From assembly GCA_038874135.1 (NCBI GenBank), contig JAVZCZ010000001.1, positions 623,219 through 687,218 of the forward strand: 64,000 nucleotides of DNA, read 5' to 3'. The translations under genes were made by a program, and so were the position numbers. The notes beneath the pieces were generated by a model. The model had not been told where the DNA came from. It saw only the letters and a program-made list of their open reading frames with translations, and did not search any database. The stretch is from Candidatus Woesearchaeota archaeon (GTDB lineage Archaea > Nanobdellota > Nanobdellia > Woesearchaeales > 0-14-0-80-44-23). Below are positions 17,800 to 27,685 of this stretch, piece after piece (the stretch's first letter is position 1; each line of letters starts with the position of its first letter).

Positions 17800-18509
17800 T
17801 ACTTATGAAAAATATAGTTATGGATTCAAGTTCAGTGATTTCATTAACTCTTAACAATATGCTGTGGGTTCTTGAAGAGCTTAGGCACTACCTGGATGGA
17901 GATTTTTACATTCCCCCCGCAGTAAAAGCCGAGCTTGTAGAACACCCTCTCAATACTAAGCGGTTTGAGTTTGAAGCGCTGCAGGTTCTTGCTCACATAA
18001 ATCAGGGAACATTAAAGGTTGCTGAGCTGAACTCAGAATCCAAGGCGCTTTATGATGAACTTCTGAATCTTGCAAACACATCTTTCAAATCTAAAGGAGT
18101 CTGGATAAATATAGTACACTCAGGTGAGATTCAAGCTTTAGCAGTGGCAGTTGCAAATAAGGCAAGTGCTTTTTGTGTAGATGAGCGGACCACCACGCTT
18201 CTGATAGAAAATCCCGCAGCGCTCAAGAGCCTGCTCCAGAGCAAGCTTCACAGCAGGGTTGAAGTTAATCGTGAAAATATTAACAGGTTTAAATCACTTA
18301 TACGAGGGATAAGAGTAGTTAGGTCTGTAGAGCTTATGCTGGTAGCTTATGAGAAGGGAATTCTAAACAGGTATCTTCCTGCTGATATTCCCGAGGCGCG
18401 GCAGGTTCTTCTGGATGGAATCCTCTGGGGACTAAAACTTAGAGGGTGCGCAATCTCCGAGCATGAAATTGCTCAGCTTAAGCGGATAGAAGCTAATTTT
18501 ACAGCATGA
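17796..18509 (+). CDS. PIN-like nucleic-acid-binding protein (DUF3368/COG2405-like)
   Basis: 237 aa. The N-terminus VMDSSSVISLTLNNMLWVLEELRHYLDGDFYIPPAVKAELVEHP fits the DUF3368 pattern (D.S.LI.L....L.LL..L....IP.AV..EL), and there is a later acidic VDERTT. Confidence 0.45.
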   Translation: MILMKNIVMDSSSVISLTLNNMLWVLEELRHYLDGDFYIPPAVKAELVEHPLNTKRFEFEALQVLAHINQGTLKVAELNSESKALYDELLNLANTSFKSKGVWINIVHSGEIQALAVAVANKASAFCVDERTTTLLIENPAALKSLLQSKLHSRVEVNRENINRFKSLIRGIRVVRSVELMLVAYEKGILNRYLPADIPEARQVLLDGILWGLKLRGCAISEHEIAQLKRIEANFTA

Positions 18510-18573
18510 CAAGTTTTTAGCATTCTCAAATAGCAAAATATTTAAAATGCTTCAGAAAAACTAACCAGTTCCC

Positions 18574-19206
18574 ATGGCAAATCTAATCAGAAGATTTACA
18601 AGATTTTTCAAAAAGCTCTTCCTCAGGAGGAAACACCTCAAAATAGGAATATACGGACCTCCTAATGGTGGAAAGACCACTCTGGCTAATAGAATTTGCT
18701 CGGACTGGCTTGGTGAAGAGCTAGGAAAGGCTTCTAAGATACCTCACGAGACGAGAAAAGTTCAGATGAAAGAAGAAGTCAGAATAAAGTCGGGAAAGCA
18801 TCAGCTCACATTCGCGCTTCTGGACACTCCCGGAATTGCAACCCGGATTGACTATGAAGATTTTGTTTCGGCAGGGCTTTCTGAAAAGGAAGCAAAGCAG
18901 AGGGCCAGGGATGCAGCCCGCGGCGTGATTGAGGCGATAAAATGGCTTGACGAGATGGATATAGTTGTACTTGTTTTAGACGCTACTAAGGATCCTTATA
19001 ATCAGGTTAATCTAACAATCTTGGGAAATCTTGAAGCGAGAAATATCCCTGTTCTCATTGTTGCAAATAAGATTGATCTTAAACGGGCAAATGTTGCTAA
19101 GATAACTTCTGCATTTCCAAACCATAAGATTATAGGCATATCTGCAAAGTTTGGTAATAACATGGAAGATTTTTATAGAAACCTTATAGAATTGTCTTTT
19201 ATCTGA
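18574..19206 (+). CDS. Small P-loop GTPase
   Basis: G1 GPPNGGKTT, G3 DTPG, G4 NKID and G5 SAK motifs; 210 aa. Confidence 0.7.
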   Translation: MANLIRRFTRFFKKLFLRRKHLKIGIYGPPNGGKTTLANRICSDWLGEELGKASKIPHETRKVQMKEEVRIKSGKHQLTFALLDTPGIATRIDYEDFVSAGLSEKEAKQRARDAARGVIEAIKWLDEMDIVVLVLDATKDPYNQVNLTILGNLEARNIPVLIVANKIDLKRANVAKITSAFPNHKIIGISAKFGNNMEDFYRNLIELSFI

Positions 19207-19260
19207 TTTTTTTCCATAATTAAAAAAGAAATAAAAAGGGGAACATATTTATTTTCAGAT

Positions 19261-19656
19261 ATGCCTCACCAGTGCGTAAGATGTGGAGCAGTTTATGAAG
19301 ATAATTCTTCACAAATAATTAGAGGGTGCAGCTGCGGTTCAAAGCTTTTTTACTATGTTAGTAAGGAGCGACTTGAATTCCTTAGGCGTAAGGATGAGAA
19401 GTCTAAACAGGAGATACAAGAAGCTGAAAATGATGTTTTAGAAATTTTGGGCTCAGCTGTAGAGGAAATTTCACCAGTGCTCCTAGAAACTGGTTCAGTA
19501 AGAGTAATTCAGCCTGGAAAGTATGAGTTGGATGTAGTTAAACTTTTTAGAGAAAAGGTGCCAATTTTTGAAATTTCAGAAGGCAAATTTGTAATTGATA
19601 TTGACTCTGCATTTAAAGGAAAATCAAACAAGAAGAGCAAGCTTATTTTGAAGTGA
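19261..19656 (+). CDS. Zinc-ribbon protein of unknown function
   Basis: 131 aa with an N-terminal C-x2-C ... C-x-C ribbon (CVRCGAVY...CSCGSK). Confidence 0.45.
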   Translation: MPHQCVRCGAVYEDNSSQIIRGCSCGSKLFYYVSKERLEFLRRKDEKSKQEIQEAENDVLEILGSAVEEISPVLLETGSVRVIQPGKYELDVVKLFREKVPIFEISEGKFVIDIDSAFKGKSNKKSKLILK

Positions 19657-20842
19657 CAATTTCTATCACATCTCTGTGTTTGAGAATATAATTCTTTCCA
19701 ACAGGCTTCTTGCTCCTCACATCTATTGCCGTTATAAAATTATTTCCCAAATCAGTGTGTATCTTGTATGCAAAGTCGAGCGCAGTTGAATTTTTAGGCA
19801 TGAGGAAACAGTCGGGCAGTATTCTACCTTCTGAATCTTCAAGCTTATGCACCCCTCCCGGAAATACTGCAATATAGCCTAGAAGTTTGAACACCGCATC
19901 GTCTAGCGCATTCTGAACGCCGGTATTTCCAAATCTTTTCAAAACATTTTCTCTAATAAACTCCAAGGCGCGCTTCTGCTTTTCAGAAATCCTACTCTCA
20001 TCAATTATTCTAAAATCAGAATCTCCAGGAACATACTCTATTAACCCTCTTGCATCAGCCTCTTTTAATGCAAGTTCCGACTCGGCAGAGCATGGCACCA
20101 CAAGGTATTCTGGAAACTTCTCTTTAATACGTCTTATGTTTTCTTCAGCGTTAGGATAGTCCGCCTTATTTGCTGCTATTATCATCGGCTTTGTCTTTCT
20201 TCTCAGGCTAGAGGCAAGATTTTTTAAGTCTTCAACACTCCACTTCGCAATTGGAATCTCATTAAGTTTAAGCTTCTCAATTATCTCTTTGAAATCGTCC
20301 TCATCCGCGCCCAGCCCAGTGAACTGCTTAGCTATTGCCTTAATTGCATCAGCGTGTTCCATCGTAACTATCTTAGCAAACCTTTCCCATCCTTTGTTGA
20401 GTATCTGAAAATACCACATGTCCAGCTCTCTCTCCAAAAATTCTACATCTTCACAAGGATCGTGGCTTCCGGGCTGTACCGGCTCTCCGGATATGGTTGT
20501 AGAGCCGGCAGCGTCCACTATGTGTATAAAAGCATCGGCCTGTCTCAGATCATCTAAGAACTGATTTCCCATCCCCTTGCCCTCATGAGCTCCTGGAACA
20601 AGCCCTGCAACATCCATAACCTGAACGGGAACAAACCTGAAGGCACCCTTGTTAAAGCCGAAGCGTGGCGTAGATTTTACATTAAATTCCTTATCTACAT
20701 TTTCAACCCTCACATAGGCTACTCCACTGTTCGGCTTTATAGTTGCAAAAGGAAAGTTGGCAATATACACATCTGCAAGGGTCAGAGCTTTAAAGAATGT
20801 TGATTTTCCAACATTAGGTTTTCCAACAACGCCTATAAGCAT
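19643..20842 (-). CDS. Obg-family GTPase/ATPase (YchF/OLA1-like) with C-terminal TGS domain
   Basis: G1 VGKPNVGKSTFF, then DVAGLVPGAHEGKGMGNQFL and a C-terminal TGS-like ILKHRDVIEIV. Confidence 0.75.
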   Translation of the reverse strand: MLIGVVGKPNVGKSTFFKALTLADVYIANFPFATIKPNSGVAYVRVENVDKEFNVKSTPRFGFNKGAFRFVPVQVMDVAGLVPGAHEGKGMGNQFLDDLRQADAFIHIVDAAGSTTISGEPVQPGSHDPCEDVEFLERELDMWYFQILNKGWERFAKIVTMEHADAIKAIAKQFTGLGADEDDFKEIIEKLKLNEIPIAKWSVEDLKNLASSLRRKTKPMIIAANKADYPNAEENIRRIKEKFPEYLVVPCSAESELALKEADARGLIEYVPGDSDFRIIDESRISEKQKRALEFIRENVLKRFGNTGVQNALDDAVFKLLGYIAVFPGGVHKLEDSEGRILPDCFLMPKNSTALDFAYKIHTDLGNNFITAIDVRSKKPVGKNYILKHRDVIEIVTSK

Positions 20843-20854
20843 CTTATCCCCTTG

Positions 20855-22765
20855 CTATTTTGTAATCTCTGAAATTTTTTCCTTCACAATCCTAGCTATA
20901 AGACTTCCGTCAGCCTTGCCTCTCAGTAGGGCCATGCTTCTCCCCATAACAAGACCTTCTCTAAGCTCAGCACCCTTGGATTTTAACTCAACTATTACAC
21001 CCTCAATAATTTCTTTGACCTGCTCCTCGCTTAGGCGCTCGCGCTTTTTAATTGCTTCTTCAATGTTTATACCACTTGCCGCTTCAGCCAGCACTTCCTC
21101 AACAGCTTCTTTGGGAATAAGCCCTTTTGATAAAGCGCTTAATGCCCTGCGGAAGTCCTCATACTTAAGTCTGGAAGCATCAATTCCCATTCGTGATTTT
21201 ATATCCTTTGGGTATAGGAAAACTACTGAGAATACGAACTGTGGACCTATATCCGGAAATTCTTCTAGCAGACTTTCAAAGAGTTCCCTATGTTGGGACT
21301 TAGATATGATATCAGCAGCCTGCTCGCTAAGCCCCATTTTCTTATAATCCTCAGCAAACTCTGTAATGAGCTTTGGAATCTTTATCATATTGATATCTGG
21401 CGTTTTTATTATCGGGACATCCGTTTCGGGATACATCCTGCTAGCCCCCGAAATTGGCCTCATATAAGTTGTTGTTCCGTCAGTATTAGCCCTTCTCACT
21501 TCTTTCGGCACACCCATAATGCACATTTCCGCTCTCTTCAAAGCAGATTCTGCCGCCCTCTTCGCTTTTTCTTCAGAATCTGAAGCAATTATGAAGAAGG
21601 CGTCACTCTCTCCGCACCGCAAAAACTTTCTCGCATTATTTACTTCATCTTCTGATATCCCATACCCTGGTAACTCGTCAGAGTGAATTATTCCTGAAAC
21701 GCCGAACTTCTTCGCATATTCAGAAAGCTCAGTGCCCAGGCGCTTTCCAGGCTGTATCTCAACTCCTAAGAGGCCTGACATTCCTTTAAGCATCGCTCCC
21801 ACTACTACTCCGCCAGAGTGTATTGCTCCGAGAAGAACTTTGGAAGAGGTTTCTTTAAAGATATTTGTCATTTCTACAGCACTGCTCTTTATCTCTTTAA
21901 TTCCCCTCCTGTTTAATTCGTTTCTTATTTCTAACAGCTTCTTCTGCCGAATGGCTTCTATTTCAACTATTCTGTCCAGCATTCTTAAATCTTGAGCTCC
22001 TTTTATCTCAACTCTTGAGCCGCCTTCTATTGAAACATTCACATCCTGCCTTATTGTGCCAAGCCCTCTTCTTATCTTGCCAGTGCTTCGCAGAATCATT
22101 CCTATCTTTTCCGCGCACTCTTTAACTTCTTTAGGATTTGATAGGTCGGGAGTAGTTGATATCTCAACTAAGGGTATTCCTAGGCGTGAAAGGTTATAAA
22201 TATCATACTCCGGAGTTCTTTCTACAATTTTAGCAGCTTCTTCTTCAAGGCATATTGTGGAAATTCCCACTTTTTTACTTCCAATTTCAAGATATCCATT
22301 AACCGCTACAAGCCCAGTTCTTTGAAATCCTGAAGTGTTACTGCCATCTACAACTGTTTTTCTCATAAAGATTATCTTGGGAAGAGGCTTTGCGTTTAGT
22401 AGCAGTGCTATTTGAAGTGCAGTTTCTATTGCTTCAGGATTGGGCTCGTGCGGCGGCTCTTCGTCCAGCTCCACGGGGCAGTTTGATTTTTTGTACGCAT
22501 GATATATGAAATTCTTCTTTAGCTCACTTTCATGCAGAGCAGCTTCATCTATGCTTCCCAACTCGCCAGCTACAGCTCTCAACTTTCTTATTATCTTCAA
22601 ATCCGGTTCATCTTCAATTATTTCAGAAGGACAGCTGCAAAAGAGCTTTCTAGTTGAAAGCTGCTGATGTATCTCCAGACCGCATCTCAGTCCCAATTTA
22701 TCAAATTCATCCATCTGTGCCATCTCTTTAAATGAAACTAAGCGGCTCCCTCTCTGAGATTTCAC
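20855..22765 (-). CDS. gatE: Glutamyl-tRNA(Gln) amidotransferase subunit E
   Basis: 636 aa. GatE N-terminus (GLRCGLEIHQQL..KLFCSCPS) and a GatB/YqeY-like C-terminus. It lies adjacent to gatD. Confidence 0.9.
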   Translation of the reverse strand: MKSQRGSRLVSFKEMAQMDEFDKLGLRCGLEIHQQLSTRKLFCSCPSEIIEDEPDLKIIRKLRAVAGELGSIDEAALHESELKKNFIYHAYKKSNCPVELDEEPPHEPNPEAIETALQIALLLNAKPLPKIIFMRKTVVDGSNTSGFQRTGLVAVNGYLEIGSKKVGISTICLEEEAAKIVERTPEYDIYNLSRLGIPLVEISTTPDLSNPKEVKECAEKIGMILRSTGKIRRGLGTIRQDVNVSIEGGSRVEIKGAQDLRMLDRIVEIEAIRQKKLLEIRNELNRRGIKEIKSSAVEMTNIFKETSSKVLLGAIHSGGVVVGAMLKGMSGLLGVEIQPGKRLGTELSEYAKKFGVSGIIHSDELPGYGISEDEVNNARKFLRCGESDAFFIIASDSEEKAKRAAESALKRAEMCIMGVPKEVRRANTDGTTTYMRPISGASRMYPETDVPIIKTPDINMIKIPKLITEFAEDYKKMGLSEQAADIISKSQHRELFESLLEEFPDIGPQFVFSVVFLYPKDIKSRMGIDASRLKYEDFRRALSALSKGLIPKEAVEEVLAEAASGINIEEAIKKRERLSEEQVKEIIEGVIVELKSKGAELREGLVMGRSMALLRGKADGSLIARIVKEKISEITK

Positions 22766-24047
22766 CTCTGAAATTCTTCAGGATTAGGTTGTTCCTTTTT
22801 ATTTCTTCAACAGAGAAGTTACTTAGTAGCCAGGCCAGCTTTATGAAGGTGGTTTCAGGAGTCATATCAGAGTAATTACCCAGCACTCCCGCATCCAGAA
22901 GCTTCCTTCCAGGGCTGTACACGTTCATATTTACTCTTCCAAATATTGTTTGCGTGCTCATAACTACCACTTTTTCTTTTGCAATCTTGGCTATCGCTTT
23001 GAATATCTTTTCATTTTCTTCAGTAAACTCGTCGCTTTTCGTTATAGGCATATGCCCAAGTCCAGTTCCCTCCAGCACTATTCCGTCATAGTGTGAAAAT
23101 CTTTCAATCTCATCAGCATACATGTTCGGGTGCGATTTAATAATTCCAATTTTTAAGTTCTCCTTTATAGGCATTAGTTTTAGAGTGAAATTTCTTGATC
23201 TTCGCGTGTAGTTTTCTGAGAAGATTTTTATTCTTCTGTTTTCATAATCTACGAGAGCTATTGGTTCAGAATTTACTGCTTTAAAAGCATCTCTTCTTGA
23301 AGAGTGGAGCTTTCTGCACTTACATGCTGGCAGTATTGCAGCAAGCCTATCCTCTGTGGAGTGGTGCATACAGACTGCGACTCCTGCAAAGTCGGAGTTA
23401 GATATGAAATACGCAGCAGAGGTTAGGTTCAGCGCGGCGTCAGAGCTTCCCCTGTCTGAGCTTCTCTGCGATCCAACTATAATTATAGGAATTGAAATTC
23501 CGTCAAGAATAAATGAGAGGGCTGCTGCAGTGTAATGCAGCGTGTCAGTTCCTTGAGTTATTATTATGCCGTCGCTTCCAGCTTCTACTTCCTTTTTAAC
23601 CTCCTCTGCTAAAAGGTTGTAATGTGCAAATCTCATGTCGTCTGACATCATGTTGCGAACAAGTCTGCTTTTTATATTAGCTATTTCTCCGAGCTCCGGC
23701 ACCATCTCTAAAATTTCTTCAGGTGAGAACTTTGCCTTGACTGCTCCAGTTTCATAATCCACTTTTGAGGCAATTGTCCCTCCAGCGTGCAGTATTGATA
23801 TTGTTGGAAGCCCCTCGCGTTTTTCAGAAACTGCAGTCCTAACATTTTTTTCCTCTTTTTGATTAAAAATTCTTTCTAGGGATTTGGCTTCAATAATCCC
23901 TCTTTTTGGAATTGACACCTGATATCCGCTTTCCAGCTTGAGTACTAAGTCTTCCTCATCTTCTTTTATTATCATCCCGTAAAACTCGCCCTGTGCTGTT
24001 CTAACTAAAAACCAGTTTCCAGTTTCAAAGTTAAAGCTTCTTTCCAT
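22728..24047 (-). CDS. gatD: Glutamyl-tRNA(Gln) amidotransferase subunit D
   Basis: 439 aa with an asparaginase-like domain (ISILHAGGTIASKVDYETGAV, GIIITQGTDTLHYTA) and a GatD N-terminal domain. Confidence 0.9.
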   Translation of the reverse strand: MERSFNFETGNWFLVRTAQGEFYGMIIKEDEEDLVLKLESGYQVSIPKRGIIEAKSLERIFNQKEEKNVRTAVSEKREGLPTISILHAGGTIASKVDYETGAVKAKFSPEEILEMVPELGEIANIKSRLVRNMMSDDMRFAHYNLLAEEVKKEVEAGSDGIIITQGTDTLHYTAAALSFILDGISIPIIIVGSQRSSDRGSSDAALNLTSAAYFISNSDFAGVAVCMHHSTEDRLAAILPACKCRKLHSSRRDAFKAVNSEPIALVDYENRRIKIFSENYTRRSRNFTLKLMPIKENLKIGIIKSHPNMYADEIERFSHYDGIVLEGTGLGHMPITKSDEFTEENEKIFKAIAKIAKEKVVVMSTQTIFGRVNMNVYSPGRKLLDAGVLGNYSDMTPETTFIKLAWLLSNFSVEEIKRNNLILKNFRGEISEREPLSFI

Positions 24048-24169
24048 CTAAGCCCCTCTTATGCTTCTCAGAGGTGTTAGATGCGGTATATATTAAAATC
24101 TTTTCGGATGAAACTTATTGGGAAAAATTTAAAAGATAGGACTTCCTCTATGCTGAGCGAGGTGGTAGT

Positions 24170-24478
24170 ATGCAGGTTGAGCATTTTGGAAATCTTTCAA
24201 AAAAGATAATTCTGATAGGTCTGATAGCAATTCTTACAGGAATCGCTGTTGTAGCTTGGATATTTACAACCACGCCAGCATTTCTCTTTGGAATCTACGC
24301 CGGCTTCCTCTGGATTATGGCGGTTGGCATAATAATCATGGCAGCATATCTAGACGAGATAAGTATGGAGCTGAAAGGGTTGTATTCACAGCAGACAGAT
24401 GAGCTTAAGCTTCTAAGGGCTGAGGTTGGACTTCTCAGGCACGAGATGACTAGCCCTGAAAAGAAGGGTAAGAGGTAA
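24170..24478 (+). CDS. Small two-TM membrane protein
   Basis: 102 aa with two hydrophobic helices and a charged coiled C-terminus. Confidence 0.4.
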   Translation: MQVEHFGNLSKKIILIGLIAILTGIAVVAWIFTTTPAFLFGIYAGFLWIMAVGIIIMAAYLDEISMELKGLYSQQTDELKLLRAEVGLLRHEMTSPEKKGKR

Positions 24479-24485
24479 AGCCATA

Positions 24486-25037
24486 TTATTTTTTTACTCT
24501 CTCCCTTCTTAAAAAGTCACCCAGATCAAAATTGTTTATAATTATAACATCTTTCTTTGCATTATCAGCTATCCTTCCATATCCCAAACATTCTAGTGTG
24601 GAGTTGAAAATGAGGTACAGCTGAGCAGTTTTTGAAGAGGTGTGCATCTTTACTATTCCCCGCCGCATCACATCCCTGCCGCATAGGAAGAGCCACGCAG
24701 CCTTATCATTCAGAACAACATAGTTAAGCTCATCTTTGAATATGCTAAGCTCGTTGAGAAAAGGATAAGCACACCTAAACCTATCGTTTTTAAAACTTCC
24801 TACCCTCACTCCTAAGTATAAAACATCTCTCAACAGTGTAGCGAAGCTTACTAAGTCTTCTGGCGCAATGAAAATTTCCTCATTGAGAATTACTAAGCCC
24901 TTCCCCTCATTTATCTTACTTTCTAGCATTTCCTGGAATATCCTTTCAGGATTGTCTGCTCCGAAATTCTTTATGAATTGAATAACTGATTTTTTAATAG
25001 CATTTAATGAGGCTTTACCTTCTACTTCTTTTTTCAT
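24486..25037 (-). CDS. Hypothetical protein (possibly RNA-binding, downstream of Nsun methyltransferase)
   Basis: The ORF is 24486-25100. The start is trimmed to the internal MKKEVEG to avoid a 58-nt out-of-frame overlap with the upstream gene. No recognisable motif. Confidence 0.35.
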   Translation of the reverse strand: MKKEVEGKASLNAIKKSVIQFIKNFGADNPERIFQEMLESKINEGKGLVILNEEIFIAPEDLVSFATLLRDVLYLGVRVGSFKNDRFRCAYPFLNELSIFKDELNYVVLNDKAAWLFLCGRDVMRRGIVKMHTSSKTAQLYLIFNSTLECLGYGRIADNAKKDVIIINNFDLGDFLRRERVKK

Positions 25038-25042
25038 AATCT

Positions 25043-25945
25043 TCAGCCCTTTTTCAGTTTCGCTATGAAAAAACCCTGCGTGCCCGTTAGATGGGGCCAC
25101 AACCTTCTCGCTAGACTAACTGATTTTTCATATTCTCTACCATTAAATTCTAAGACAGCTGGAACTCCTATTTCAAGTCCGGTTTGTTCAGCTTGCATGC
25201 CCAAAACCCTTATTGCGTAGTCCACAATCTCTTCATCTTCTTCTGGCTCAAGAGAGCAGGTTGAATATACTATAGTTCCACCCCTCTTAAGCAGTTTGAA
25301 CGCTTTCTCTATAAGCCTTTTTTGCATTTCAGAATTTTTTAATATTCCTGCAATGTTTCTCTTAACGAACCAGTTTGGTTCGCTTAGATAATTCCCGGAA
25401 CATGGCGCATCAAGAAGGATTCTGTCAAATCTTTCTCCTGCTTCAATTTCAAGAGCATCCTTAAGCAGTACTGCAGCGTTTCTGCAACCGGTTCTTTCCA
25501 GGTTGTTTGAGAGGGCTTCAGCCCTCTTTCTATTTTTTTCAACAGCAATTAAAACACCAGTGTTGTTCATCAGCTCGCAGAGCTGTGTGCTCTTTGAACC
25601 GGGAGCAGCGCACATATCCAGCACAACCTCGCCCGGGCTTGGATTAAGCACTACTGCTGGAATCATTGAAGCGGCTTCTTGAAGATAATAATAACCTAGT
25701 AAATATTCTGGAGTTGCTCCTAAGGAAAATCTGCTTTCATAATAAAACGCATTCTTAACAAAGGGTATCTCTTCTAAGGACACTCCTTTTTCTTCCAACC
25801 GCCTCTTCACCTCGCTCGTGCTAATCTTTAAAGTATTGACTCTTAATGTTTTTCTAAGCTGAATATCCTGAATGTCGCCTCCTATGCTCTTATACCTTTT
25901 AAGAAAGAATGATTGATCCATGAAGTAAATTAAAGTAGTGACCAT
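25043..25945 (-). CDS. NOL1/NOP2/Sun family RNA cytosine-C5 methyltransferase (second paralog)
   Basis: Motifs DMCAAPGSKSTQ, DAPCSG and STCS. It contains a 30-aa stretch identical to the paralog at 16257-17204. Confidence 0.8.
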   Translation of the reverse strand: MVTTLIYFMDQSFFLKRYKSIGGDIQDIQLRKTLRVNTLKISTSEVKRRLEEKGVSLEEIPFVKNAFYYESRFSLGATPEYLLGYYYLQEAASMIPAVVLNPSPGEVVLDMCAAPGSKSTQLCELMNNTGVLIAVEKNRKRAEALSNNLERTGCRNAAVLLKDALEIEAGERFDRILLDAPCSGNYLSEPNWFVKRNIAGILKNSEMQKRLIEKAFKLLKRGGTIVYSTCSLEPEEDEEIVDYAIRVLGMQAEQTGLEIGVPAVLEFNGREYEKSVSLARRLWPHLTGTQGFFIAKLKKG

Positions 25946-25967
25946 TTAAAAATGTTGATGTGAAGAA

Positions 25968-26040
25968 AGCCTCTGGAGGGACTTGCACCCTCGACCTACT
26001 GATTACAAGTCAGTCGCTCTAGCTCCTGAGCTACAGAGGC
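25968..26040 (-). tRNA. tRNA-Thr (anticodon UGU)
   Basis: The reverse complement reads GCCTCTGTAGCTCAGGAGCTAGAGCGACTGACTTGTAATCAGTAGGTCGAGGGTGCAAGTCCCTCCAGAGGC. It has the acceptor stem GCCTCTG/CAGAGGC, the anticodon stem ACTGA/TCAGT with loop CTTGTAA, and the T-stem GAGGG/CCCTC. Confidence 0.65.
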
Positions 26041-26101
26041 GTATTTTTGCTGGTTCAAAAACACCTTTTTAAAGCTTTTCTATTTTAGAGCTCAGTTAGG
26101 A

Positions 26102-26692
26102 TCACTCGTAGCCTTTTGGTTCGTGGAAGAGTTGCTTTTCTGGAGTGTACTGGTATAGCTCAAAGTACATCTTTATTATGGAGTATAGCTTGTTAACCTC
26201 ATCCAGGAGTATCTTCTTGTGCATTTCCATCTCTTTTATCCACACTCTCCTCTTGAAGAATTCTAAGAATAACTTCATAAACCACGACTTGTCCCACTCC
26301 TTCCCATAGTCAAGCTCAACCGTCCCATTTATGAATATGTTAAGTTCTCCCTTTTGAGCTTTTATCTTTTTGTCCTTGAATTGCACTTCAACATCGCTCA
26401 CTGCAACGCCCAAGTATTCCATGTTTATCTTATAGGTTATTCTGGAATTGCTGGACGGCTTTTTAAACCTCCACCATATGTTCATAACATATGTGGAGCC
26501 GCTCTCCTCGTGGGAATAGAATGGCTCCATAAAAGAATCCTTATTGTCAGTCAGGTCTTGATATCCATTTTCAATGAACCAGTCGTGAAGCATCTCATAA
26601 AGGGGCTTATAAGCCGCAGTTGCTTTATATCTAAAGGCGATTTCAGGCAGTTTTATCTTTAATGTGCCCATAAAAGTTTTCAATCTCTTCAA
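26102..26692 (-). CDS. Hypothetical protein
   Basis: 196 aa soluble protein with no recognisable motif and clean codon usage. Confidence 0.45.
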   Translation of the reverse strand: MKRLKTFMGTLKIKLPEIAFRYKATAAYKPLYEMLHDWFIENGYQDLTDNKDSFMEPFYSHEESGSTYVMNIWWRFKKPSSNSRITYKINMEYLGVAVSDVEVQFKDKKIKAQKGELNIFINGTVELDYGKEWDKSWFMKLFLEFFKRRVWIKEMEMHKKILLDEVNKLYSIIKMYFELYQYTPEKQLFHEPKGYE

Positions 26693-26772
26693 GCTTTATA
26701 AATCTTTCCGACTGGCATAGACCACAAGTTTTATATAGGTATTAGTTCAAAAATGGGCGAAGAGGTGGAAGC

Positions 26773-27093
26773 ATGGCAAAAAAGCAAAAAAAGAAGACCT
26801 CTCACCAAGCAGTAAAGAAGAAGGTGCAAGCTAAGAAGAAGACCGGGCAGAAGAGTGTAAAGCATGCACACAAGAATGCATCTTCAAAAACGAAGCGAAA
26901 TGTAAAAGAGGAGAAGATGCAAAGAACTGCTAAACAACCTAAAGAGGAAGAAGAATTTTATGTGGATGAAGATGAGATAAGAGAGGAACCGTTCCCTTAC
27001 TTCGCGGAAGATAGAGAAAATGAGGTTCCGGACGCTGACGAACCTGGTTATGACTTTGATGAAGACGAGTCCAGTTATGAGGATGAATTTTAA
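26773..27093 (+). CDS. Bipartite charged protein (Lys-rich N-terminus, acidic Asp/Glu-rich C-terminus)
   Basis: 106 aa, MAKKQKKKTSHQAVKKKVQAKKK ... DEDEIREEPFPYFAEDRENEVPDADEPGYDFDEDESSYEDEF. A hairpin (CCTGCCAGATAAAGGCAGGG) follows it. Confidence 0.5.
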   Translation: MAKKQKKKTSHQAVKKKVQAKKKTGQKSVKHAHKNASSKTKRNVKEEKMQRTAKQPKEEEEFYVDEDEIREEPFPYFAEDRENEVPDADEPGYDFDEDESSYEDEF

Positions 27094-27188
27094 ATCTTTT
27101 TTATAAAACATCCTGCCAGATAAAGGCAGGGTGGCGCCTTTCTGAAAAAGTTTAAATACTTGAATGCTAATTTAATGGTGAAAAAGAG

Positions 27189-27674
27189 GTGTTCAAAATA
27201 TCCAATTTCTTACAAAATGCAGTTAAGGTTCTGGTGCTCGCTAACGGCACAGTAGTTAGAAATCTCTATGATCTCAGATTGGCTTTAAAATACATGGATG
27301 ATAAGACTTTCTCCATTCATGTTAACCGGAATAAGAATGACTTTGTAAATTGGATCGAAGTTGCAATAGGAGACGTTAATCTGGCAAACAGCCTCCGATC
27401 AGCCACAACAAAGAAGGAAATGTATGAGATAGTTGATAGGAGAATAGAGTTTTTATCTTCCTCACTCACTACACGTTCTGAAAGCGAAGACAAAAAAATC
27501 CAGTCCCAGAACGATAAATATATTGATTATGAGTCCCTAGAAGATGATGTAAAGAAGGAAATTCTTAAAATTGAAGAGGGGCTTGGGCTTGAAAGGTTTA
27601 GGAAGGGACTTATTGAATTCCTCTTCGGTCTGGTGCTAGGCATCCTTTTCGGGTTCCTGCTGGCGATGCTTTAG
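27189..27674 (+). CDS. Hypothetical protein with C-terminal tail-anchor TM
   Basis: 161 aa with a C-terminal GLIEFLFGLVLGILFGFLLAML. Confidence 0.4.
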   Translation: MFKISNFLQNAVKVLVLANGTVVRNLYDLRLALKYMDDKTFSIHVNRNKNDFVNWIEVAIGDVNLANSLRSATTKKEMYEIVDRRIEFLSSSLTTRSESEDKKIQSQNDKYIDYESLEDDVKKEILKIEEGLGLERFRKGLIEFLFGLVLGILFGFLLAML

Positions 27675-27685
27675 CACGGTAAAAT

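Noticed and set aside
24486-25100. Possibility that 24486-25100 is a frameshifted C-terminal PUA-like extension of the Nsun methyltransferase at 25043-25945.
   Set aside because: The two overlap by 58 nt out of frame. I cannot see a convincing PUA signature, so I treat it as a separate gene starting at the internal Met; HHpred would settle this.
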